A DNA stretch of 64,000 nt, taken from the NCBI GenBank assembly GCA_965369865.1, contig CBDURU010000003.1:36560-100559 (forward strand). Reading direction: 5' to 3'. The notes under the pieces were generated by a model. It was given only the letters and a program-made list of their open reading frames with translations. It had not been told where the DNA came from and ran no database searches. Positions 57,337 to 64,000 of this stretch are shown piece after piece; positions within the stretch are counted from its first letter, which is position 1, and each line of letters opens with the position of its first letter. Both the position numbers and the translations under genes were made by a program. Source of the stretch: an uncultured bacterium (GTDB lineage: Bacteria; JAJVIF01; JAPKYR01).

Positions 57337-59784
57337 TCAATCTTTTTCTCCTGTCAGTCTCCTGGCGCAGAAAATTACCAGGAGTCCGATCAGGTAGATC
57401 GCGACACCCGCGAAAAGTGTGAGCCTGTAACCGATACCGATCGCGATTGTTAAAGACAACGCGCTGCCAAGAACACTCGCTGCGCCGTTAACGCCCCACG
57501 CCCACGGTATTACTCCAAGGCCTTCACGGGCAATAATCCTGAGTCCAAGGGGGAATGGCTGGCCCATGAACCATCCGAGCGGGAAAACAAGCAAAATAGT
57601 AATCGCGATCCTTACGAGATCGGGCAGGACGATCAATGATTTAAAAATCGGGGGGAGAATGAAAATATATATGATCGAAACTATTGAAATTCCAATGATT
57701 GCGTTACGTATGCCGGTTTCAATTTTATCGTCTGTGATCCTTCCGCTCCAGCCCGACCCGAACCCGCTGAATAAGAGGAGGCTTGTCAGTACAGCCACGA
57801 GCGAATAGATCGGGTATCCAAGGAACAGAGTAAAATACTGCATAAGCCCTATTTCAACAGTAATAAACGCAAGACCAAGGCATATGAAATATCCGAGCAT
57901 GGTCAACTTCGACCCGCTTCGTTCGCGAATATCCACCCTTTTGAAAAGGAGCAAAGGAAGGATTATAAAAATCAGCACAACGGCGAAACTGATTATCAGA
58001 AGTGAGACCAGGGTGAAAATCGCGATGGAATTATATCCCGCGGCATGGCTTTTCCCGAACGCAAGGGCCTCCATGAATTCCGATGGCGGCAAGAGGTAAA
58101 AGAAAAACGGACGATTATCGGTTGTCGGACGAATATCCAGCGGATATCCCGCGAGAAATCCATCGAAATCATCGGTTGTCAGAAGCTCGTGATATATCTC
58201 TTCCGACTCCGTAACCGGCTCCCGACCCGGCATGTAAATGACATCGAAGCCAAGCTCCTCCACCACACCCATCATCGTGGATATCGCGTCCCCATCGAAT
58301 CCGGTTGGTTGTACCATTACATTGGCAAGTACTCCCTGCCTGATAACCATTACACACGATCCGGGATCGGTCACCCCGCGCCTTTCAAGGGCCTCACGGG
58401 CCAGTGCGACGACTTTCAGGGTCTCGCGCGGGGTATCGAATGCGAACCGCGACATCGAGAAAATACCGTCGGGAGAAAGATGGTCGTAATATTCCTCGAA
58501 TGCCTCAACGGTGTAAAGGTTATTTTCAGAAAGGGCATATGCACCGGTCGATGCCGCCGCCCATGTATCGATGAGGCTTATCTGCAAAAGATCGTACTTG
58601 TCACGGCTCCGGGAAATAAACGTCCTGCCCTCGGCTACAGTTACCGTTATCGGGTCCCGGTTATAAAGGTCCCCATTGAATTCCCTGAACTCGTTACGCA
58701 TCAGATCCGCAATGAGAGGATTAATCTCAACAGCATCGATTACCCTCGATTCGAACGCCAGGGCCGCTAGGATATCTTTTCCACCCCCCGGACCGACAAT
58801 AAGTACATGCTGATCGTCCAAAAGATAATGAGCTGCGGCGGTGACATCATTCCTCGACATCTCCAGTTCTGAGATGTCCCCGGTGAAATTTATGATCGGG
58901 GTGGCGGCAGTGTTATCAATCTGGAGGAAATGCTGCTCGGCAATGGTCTCGGGATCCCAGGCCTCCGATATCCCCCAGTTATGAATCCCGCCCTCGTAAT
59001 GCTGGAGCGGATTGTCCGCCCTGATTACAATAATCCTCGAAAATGCGTTCCAGCGGTCGTAGAGAATCCTGGCCGGTTCGATTGTATAACCTTTCGCATA
59101 GGTGATATTCACCACTTTCAATGATGGATTCAGAAAACCGAGAATTACTAACCCGATTCCAACGATAATTGAAAATACAACTCTGGATGCCGGTTTCCTG
59201 CCGGGGCTGGCTTTTTCGGATTCAATGTCGGGAAATCCTGTCGAAAATCCGCTGGAGGCAAAGTAAGCAAGTCCGGCGATTACCAGTATCGAACCCGGAC
59301 CTCCCGCGATCGCAAGGAGTGGAATTGTGATTGCCGCACCCAATGCCGCTCCTACAAGCGAAAAAAGGTAAAGCCTTGAAATATGTCGGCTCAACCTCTG
59401 GAAGAGAATCGCGAGGATCAGTCCGGCGAAGAAAAACGGCACACTTGTGCTCAGGTAGATGACGAGTAATTTAAGAAATTGCCTCGCTAACCCGGTATTT
59501 GGATTGAAATTGATTGAGAGACCGATATAGAGGGCGATGACCGCTGTTAGCCCCGCCCACATCGAAAGGTTCCCAAGGAGCAATCCCGTGTTTCCCTTTG
59601 AGAATTTATCTTTCCATATGTAAAGCACCACCCCGGATGCGCCGAATCCGAACATGGCGACACCGATTGCCAGGAAAGCAAAATGGTAGAACATCGTCAC
59701 GGAGAATATCCTGGTTATGGATATCTCCATCGCGAGTACAAACGCGTTTAATAAAAGCACGCTGATTTCGAGGCTTCGTTTCAT
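57337..59784 (-). CDS. Fused MFS-like membrane domain / spermidine-synthase-like (polyamine aminopropyltransferase fold) protein
   Basis: 815 aa. An N-terminal block of ~8-10 TM helices, a central SAM-MTase/spermidine-synthase-like fold (…VLIVGPGGGKDILAA…VIDAVEINPLIADLMRNEF…ISLIDTW…), then more C-terminal TM helices. Confidence 0.65.
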   Translation of the reverse strand: MKRSLEISVLLLNAFVLAMEISITRIFSVTMFYHFAFLAIGVAMFGFGASGVVLYIWKDKFSKGNTGLLLGNLSMWAGLTAVIALYIGLSINFNPNTGLARQFLKLLVIYLSTSVPFFFAGLILAILFQRLSRHISRLYLFSLVGAALGAAITIPLLAIAGGPGSILVIAGLAYFASSGFSTGFPDIESEKASPGRKPASRVVFSIIVGIGLVILGFLNPSLKVVNITYAKGYTIEPARILYDRWNAFSRIIVIRADNPLQHYEGGIHNWGISEAWDPETIAEQHFLQIDNTAATPIINFTGDISELEMSRNDVTAAAHYLLDDQHVLIVGPGGGKDILAALAFESRVIDAVEINPLIADLMRNEFREFNGDLYNRDPITVTVAEGRTFISRSRDKYDLLQISLIDTWAAASTGAYALSENNLYTVEAFEEYYDHLSPDGIFSMSRFAFDTPRETLKVVALAREALERRGVTDPGSCVMVIRQGVLANVMVQPTGFDGDAISTMMGVVEELGFDVIYMPGREPVTESEEIYHELLTTDDFDGFLAGYPLDIRPTTDNRPFFFYLLPPSEFMEALAFGKSHAAGYNSIAIFTLVSLLIISFAVVLIFIILPLLLFKRVDIRERSGSKLTMLGYFICLGLAFITVEIGLMQYFTLFLGYPIYSLVAVLTSLLLFSGFGSGWSGRITDDKIETGIRNAIIGISIVSIIYIFILPPIFKSLIVLPDLVRIAITILLVFPLGWFMGQPFPLGLRIIAREGLGVIPWAWGVNGAASVLGSALSLTIAIGIGYRLTLFAGVAIYLIGLLVIFCARRLTGEKD

Positions 59785-59930
59785 TAAGATTCAGTATCCT
59801 ATCACAATGATTTTCATCATTCTATTCTGACCGCCGCCGAAAGGGCCGGGCAGCCAATTTTACCTCTTACCCTCGCGCTTTCACTGGTGTATAGTATTTG
59901 TCAATCCGTTGAAATTTCACAGGTGATAAT

Positions 59931-60278
59931 ATGCTGAAGGGACACTACACCGACAGGGAAGCTATCCCGCAGTTGAAGTACGGGTCAACATACACCACGA
60001 TGCGATGGCTTCTGTCGCGGGAAGACGGTGCTGATAATTTCGCCATGAGGGTTGTCAGGATTGAGAAAGACGGTTTTGTGGGGATGCACCGCCATCCGTA
60101 CGAGCATGAGATTTTCATTCTCAGTGGAATTGGGATCGCGAAAGAAGCGACCGGGCAGGAGGAGGAAATTAATCCGGGAGACTTTATCCTTATTAAGCCC
60201 GATGTGGAACATTCGTTTATCAATACCGGCGATGAACCCCTGGAGTTAATCTGCTGTATCCCGGACAAGGATTATTAA
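59931..60278 (+). CDS. Cupin-domain protein
   Basis: 115 aa. Cupin motifs G(X)5HxH(X)3,4E(X)6G (…GMHRHPYEHEIFILSG…) and …PDVEHSF…. Confidence 0.75.
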   Translation: MLKGHYTDREAIPQLKYGSTYTTMRWLLSREDGADNFAMRVVRIEKDGFVGMHRHPYEHEIFILSGIGIAKEATGQEEEINPGDFILIKPDVEHSFINTGDEPLELICCIPDKDY

Positions 60279-60299
60279 TATCCCATTTGAGGAATTTTT

Positions 60300-61229
60300 A
60301 TGGCCGATAAAGCTTTGATAACAGGTGGCGCGGGATTTATTGGAAACCATGTAGCAAGGCTGCTCCTTGGTAAAGGCTGGGAGATCGTCTGCTATGATGA
60401 CCTTTCTGTCGGGAAGGGTAGTTACGTTCCCGACGGCGCCGAGTTGATTGTTGGCGACATCCGCGATGGTGAAAAATTGGCCGGTGCTATGCGTGGCGCC
60501 AGGCATGTCTACCATCTCGCGGCGCGGGTGAGCATCCGAAAAGCGGTGGATACATTCATCGATGACGCCGAGGTCAATACGCTGGGTTCCCTGATGGTTC
60601 TTAAAGCCGCGCGGGACACCGGTGTTGAAAGATTCCAGTACGCGTCGAGCATGGCGGTCTACGGGACGGTTGAATATTCACCCCAGGATGAAAATCACCC
60701 CATTAACCCGACAAGTCCGTACGGAATCGCGAAATTCGCGAGCGAACGTTATATTTTGACCATGGGTGAGCAGTGGGGAATCGAGCCGGTAATCTGCCGC
60801 TATTTCAATACGTACGGTCCGCGCCAGACCCCGTCGCCATATGTAGGGGTCATCACTATTTTCTGCCGGAAGCTGTTTACGGGTGAAACCCCAATTATTT
60901 TCGGCGACGGCGAACAGGTCAGGGATTTTATACATGTCGGGGACATCGCGAGAGGTTCGGTAATGGCTATTGAAAATGCCCCGTCGGGAAGTGTGATAAA
61001 TTTCGGGACCGGGATCGGGACAAGCGTGAACGAAGTCGCGAAAATTCTGTCCGATCATATAAATCCTGAGATCGAAGCCTCACATACCGATCCGGTACCG
61101 GGAGAACCGGGCGACAGTATCGCCGACGCGAAGCTGGCGAATGAACTGATCGGATGGAGTGCCGAAAAGAAACTGGGTGACGCGATTGTCGATGCGATAG
61201 AGTGGAATAAGGGGGAGATGAAAATTTAA
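60300..61229 (+). CDS. NAD-dependent epimerase/dehydratase (extended SDR; UDP-sugar 4-epimerase-like)
   Basis: 309 aa. ALITGGAGFIGNHV Rossmann motif. The catalytic YxxxK lies within …SPYGIAKFASERY…. Confidence 0.85.
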   Translation: MADKALITGGAGFIGNHVARLLLGKGWEIVCYDDLSVGKGSYVPDGAELIVGDIRDGEKLAGAMRGARHVYHLAARVSIRKAVDTFIDDAEVNTLGSLMVLKAARDTGVERFQYASSMAVYGTVEYSPQDENHPINPTSPYGIAKFASERYILTMGEQWGIEPVICRYFNTYGPRQTPSPYVGVITIFCRKLFTGETPIIFGDGEQVRDFIHVGDIARGSVMAIENAPSGSVINFGTGIGTSVNEVAKILSDHINPEIEASHTDPVPGEPGDSIADAKLANELIGWSAEKKLGDAIVDAIEWNKGEMKI

Positions 61230-61235
61230 ATTCAC

Positions 61236-62207
61236 GTGCAGAATGCGCGTGGGACTGAAAATCATGCGCAGAATGCACATGTTACAGAAATGACTTCGGT
61301 CTATTACATAGCAAAACGAACGCTTCTTGACATCCTCCGGACGCCGGTGTTCTGGGTGTCGCTGGCCCTTGCAGGGTTTATCTGTTTTTCCATTCTTTAT
61401 TGGGGGTGGCGTGACATACAAAGCGATATAAATATTGAAACGGGAATGGTAAAACTTGAACATCACGGTGGGCATGGTTTTCCGATGGGGGAAAATTTCG
61501 ATGAATTTGATCCGCTTTCGAATATCAAACCGGAAACGTTCATTCTCTGGTTTGTATACGGCATCACCATTGGACTCTCATCGCTGCTTGGTATTTATAT
61601 TATGCTCGGACTTATCGGCAGGGAGATGGACCGCCGCACGATCGATCTTCTCATCGCGAGGCCGGTGAGCCGCAGCCAGATCTATATGGGGAAACTTTTC
61701 GCCGGATGGATGTCGCTGGTTATTTTTATGGCCTTGATAGGTGCCTGGAGCCTTCTTTGTATGCAATTGGGCGGCATGGGTGTGCAGCGTAACTATGTTT
61801 CCGCGCTTGCGTACGGAACCCTGGCGCCGATTTTCATCTCAACTATAACGATGGTCTTTACCCTGTGGATGCATTGGATGGTTGCCGGGTTCCTGGCCAA
61901 CATAATTTTATTCGCGTCCAGCACCACGGGGCTTTTGATGATCAAGGTCCTCGGTATAGAAGTCCTGAAGATGAAAATGTCTGTACTGGTGATCTACAAA
62001 ATTCTCCCCCCGATGAATGTTATCGGCCAGCATGCCACGAACAACCTCGAAACCGACGCATGGTTCAGGATGGTGCAATGGTTTCTTGAGGGAATGGGCC
62101 CGACCGCCGCGGACGGTTTGTACACCGAAATGTGGCATGTGGGCGCCTACTTCGCGATCGTGTTCATCCTCGGCTGGCTGTCGTTCTTCCGAAGACAGTT
62201 TGCGTAA
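61236..62207 (+). CDS. Polytopic membrane protein (ABC-2-type permease-like). The true start is probably the Met at ~61290.
   Basis: About 6 TM helices. No ATPase partner in the window. The first 18 codons of the ORF-track call coincide with two 19-nt direct repeats and are probably non-coding. Confidence 0.45.
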   Translation: MQNARGTENHAQNAHVTEMTSVYYIAKRTLLDILRTPVFWVSLALAGFICFSILYWGWRDIQSDINIETGMVKLEHHGGHGFPMGENFDEFDPLSNIKPETFILWFVYGITIGLSSLLGIYIMLGLIGREMDRRTIDLLIARPVSRSQIYMGKLFAGWMSLVIFMALIGAWSLLCMQLGGMGVQRNYVSALAYGTLAPIFISTITMVFTLWMHWMVAGFLANIILFASSTTGLLMIKVLGIEVLKMKMSVLVIYKILPPMNVIGQHATNNLETDAWFRMVQWFLEGMGPTAADGLYTEMWHVGAYFAIVFILGWLSFFRRQFA

Positions 62208-62470
62208 CCTCATTGACATGCAAACTGGAAGTTAGGATTGAGCGCTGTTTCAGGCGTTTCCGGGGTATTGTTATTTGTAATTAGTACTAGTGGATTGGAT
62301 TGCGGGTCCTTCTACAGACTACAGGGACGGAGGAGGGGGGGATTTGACGAGGTGGGGGGAGGTGATTGTAGTAAGATGGATTTGCAGTGGTACGGTGACA
62401 ATCATATCCGGCTGTTAGTAAGACATAACATTTCATCGACAGCTGAGTTTAATAAAATAAATAGAATTTA

Positions 62471-62662
62471 TTAACTTTTCCTTTCAATTTTTTCGACATC
62501 ATCCCATTTTCTTTTTATTTTTCTTCCCAACCATCTGGACTCACCAGCTAGTTTATCTGGTTCACATCCACATGATCTTGGCTGACGAATCAGTTCAGTG
62601 GAACCGTCCTTTAGGGTAACTTTGTAAAGTGTCCTATCAGACTTGTCCTTCTTGCAAGCCAT
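62471..62662 (-). CDS. Small basic hypothetical protein in the AT-rich island
   Basis: 63 aa, Lys/Arg-rich with a CGC motif. No family recognised. AT-rich codon usage unlike the rest of the window. Confidence 0.3.
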   Translation of the reverse strand: MACKKDKSDRTLYKVTLKDGSTELIRQPRSCGCEPDKLAGESRWLGRKIKRKWDDVEKIERKS

Positions 62663-62926
62663 AATATGCCTCCTCGTGTGCTTTGATGTGTATTTTCAAT
62701 ATACCTCAAGTAATCATCCTTGACAAGGGGGCGGATGGGTTCAGGAAAATCCTACTCATCTCTCAGAAAAGGAATAACTTGGTGCTTGTTATAAGCGGAA
62801 TTTACACTGCTTATTCTAGATATTAAAAGTGATATCGACGAGCAACGGTGACAAGCACGTCCATCTGGGAGCCAGAATTTGCGTGTAACTGATGCCCAAG
62901 CAATGAAAATTTAATCCTGGATAATG

Positions 62927-63739
62927 TTAGTTACTAATCTCAAGCAGTTCACATAAGATGGTGTCAACGAAGTTCTTGATCGATACAACATCATCACGTG
63001 AGGTTTGACCGTGCGTGGAAGCTGATGATTGATCGTAAACAGATCTAACAAAGGAGCCTACTTTCTCTTCAACAACATCCACTGCCTTCGTGGTTGGTCC
63101 AATTACCCTTTTCGATTTATTTCGTGATTTTAGAATAAATACAGTCCTTTGCCTCATTCTTGGCTCCTTTTGGTCCTTATCTAACTTGAATCCTGGCTGG
63201 CTTTTCACAGCTTCATCAGGAGCAAGTTGATGAAGAACTTCCCTGAGTGCTTCACGGAACTCAGCCGCTGTTCCTCGCCATGATTTACGGTCCTTGCCGC
63301 TGAGATCTAAAACCCCTTGCTCGTAAGATGCTCCAGCACTTGGCCGCAAAGAATACAGGGTTTCGATTATTAGTTTGTCCTGAGAACCGATGTTATACTT
63401 TGAAGTTTTATTAAGCTTGTGTGCCGTCGTAAGCCCTTCGAACTCCAGCGAATCTAATATTTTGCTGATATTCTTGATGGTACTATTGTATAACTTGGAC
63501 AATGAGCGTCCTTGAGCGAAACGTAGGAGATTTTGGATTTCTTCATCAATAGGTATAAGAGAGCTATCATTGATGCCCTGCTTTTCGAAAATGGGACGAT
63601 AGTCTCGAAAATAGCCTGTCACAAATTGACGAACAAGTTGATTGTCTGAGTCCTTATTAACTTGTCTTGTTGTAATTCCTGAAAAGTGCTTCTGAAGAAT
63701 CTTCAAGCTTGAACGGAGTTTATTTAAGTGCTCGATCAC
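62927..63739 (-). CDS. Hypothetical protein in the AT-rich island (orphan; possibly defence-related)
   Basis: 270 aa ORF, clean over 813 nt in AT-rich DNA. No recognisable catalytic motif. Its context is low-GC DNA with a K-rich-tail ORF upstream. Confidence 0.45.
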   Translation of the reverse strand: MIEHLNKLRSSLKILQKHFSGITTRQVNKDSDNQLVRQFVTGYFRDYRPIFEKQGINDSSLIPIDEEIQNLLRFAQGRSLSKLYNSTIKNISKILDSLEFEGLTTAHKLNKTSKYNIGSQDKLIIETLYSLRPSAGASYEQGVLDLSGKDRKSWRGTAAEFREALREVLHQLAPDEAVKSQPGFKLDKDQKEPRMRQRTVFILKSRNKSKRVIGPTTKAVDVVEEKVGSFVRSVYDQSSASTHGQTSRDDVVSIKNFVDTILCELLEISN

Positions 63740-63786
63740 TTTTTCCCCTTGCTTCGTTTTGTCTTCTTGGACTTATTGGAGATTTT

Positions 63787-64000
63787 CTAAGATTTAACCT
63801 TCCTCTTGGTCTTTTCTAGTTTTTTTCTAGGTGTCTTTTTCTTGCTATTTCTTGTTTTGCGATTTTGAGCGGCTTTCTTGGTGGTTCTTGCTTTACGTTT
63901 TGTTGTGACCTTCTTAGATTCTGATTCTGTGCGTGGAAGATTGTGAACCACTAAATTATAGCCTACTGCGTTAAGCTTGAATTTTGCCTCCCCAACATTA
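63787..64000 (-). CDS. Partial CDS (3' end only; continues beyond the window) with an extremely Lys/Arg-rich C-terminal tail
   Basis: Minus-strand frame reads …VVHNLPRTESESKKVTTKRKARTTKKAAQNRKTRNSKKKTPRKKLEKTKRKVKS, stop at 63787-63789. Not in the ORF track because it is truncated by the window edge. Confidence 0.4.
   Translation of the reverse strand, partial: NVGEAKFKLNAVGYNLVVHNLPRTESESKKVTTKRKARTTKKAAQNRKTRNSKKKTPRKKLEKTKRKVKS

Noticed and set aside
62238-62474. 78-aa plus-strand ORF across the G-tract boundary segment
   Set aside because: Composition is driven by G-runs, and there is no RBS or recognisable fold. More likely a non-coding junction sequence.
1-64000. CRISPR arrays, rRNA or tRNA genes
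   Set aside because: No regularly spaced short direct repeats and no tRNA-like T-loop/acceptor signatures (GTTCGAATC-type) were seen by eye. The only direct repeats are the 232-bp R copies and the 19-nt pair at 61.2 kb.

Overview
This is a 64-kb window of a bacterial chromosome with roughly 50-55% GC that drops sharply over the last ~1.8 kb. It is densely coding on both strands, and I saw no rRNA, tRNA or CRISPR array.

Gene content, left to right:
- MarR-family regulator, then a secreted 4xLysM-NlpC/P60 peptidoglycan hydrolase.
- ClC chloride channel with a C-terminal CBS pair.
- Three paralogous ~810-aa polytopic membrane proteins of the YfhO-like (GT-C glycosyltransferase-like) family. Two are tandem on the plus strand and one is on the minus strand; transketolase and a gamma-glutamylcyclotransferase-like gene sit between them.
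- PhoH-like ATPase.
- Four tandem, co-oriented giant genes (1135-1162 aa each, 17.0-30.9 kb, minus strand). Each encodes a predicted lipoprotein with the same three-part architecture: a ~380-aa conserved N-terminal module I cannot assign to a known family, then a PPC (pre-peptidase C-terminal) domain, then a divergent LVIVD-like beta-propeller region. Long stretches of nucleotide identity between copies suggest gene conversion.
- A fifth, shorter paralog with the same N-terminal module at 47.6-49.5 kb.
- A 12-gene, translationally coupled tungstate/molybdenum-cofactor operon: tupABC, moeA, moaA, moaC, MOSC, mogA/moaB, mobA, fdhD, a small Cys-rich ORF, and an unusual MobB-like P-loop::ModE-type wHTH fusion.
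- NmrA-like SDR with DUF2867.
- An ADP-forming acetyl-CoA synthetase translationally coupled to an acetyl-CoA hydrolase/transferase::GNAT fusion.
- SPFH-NfeD pair, an orphan hypC, an alpha/beta hydrolase, an IPMS/homocitrate synthase-family gene, aroC, a CheY-like receiver, a fused MFS/spermidine synthase, a cupin and an NAD-dependent epimerase.

Non-coding structure that stands out:
- A 232-bp element with ~22-bp terminal inverted repeats, present in two 100% identical direct copies (52871-53102 and 54186-54417). The copies flank a secreted-protein gene, and a diverged 57-bp duplicate of the upstream gene's 3' end lies between them.
- A perfect 33-bp inverted-repeat pair at 45.8-46.0 kb.
- A ~125-bp imperfect palindrome at 372-497.
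- An AT-rich, probably horizontally acquired island from ~62.2 kb to the window edge, carrying orphan genes including a partial lysine-rich-tail ORF.

The most likely novel system here is the expanded surface-lipoprotein family (four tandem copies plus one distant) lying next to three YfhO-like membrane glycosyltransferase-like proteins. I read this as a candidate cell-surface (glyco)protein system.

Coordinates of non-ORF elements were counted by hand and may be off by 1-2 bp.
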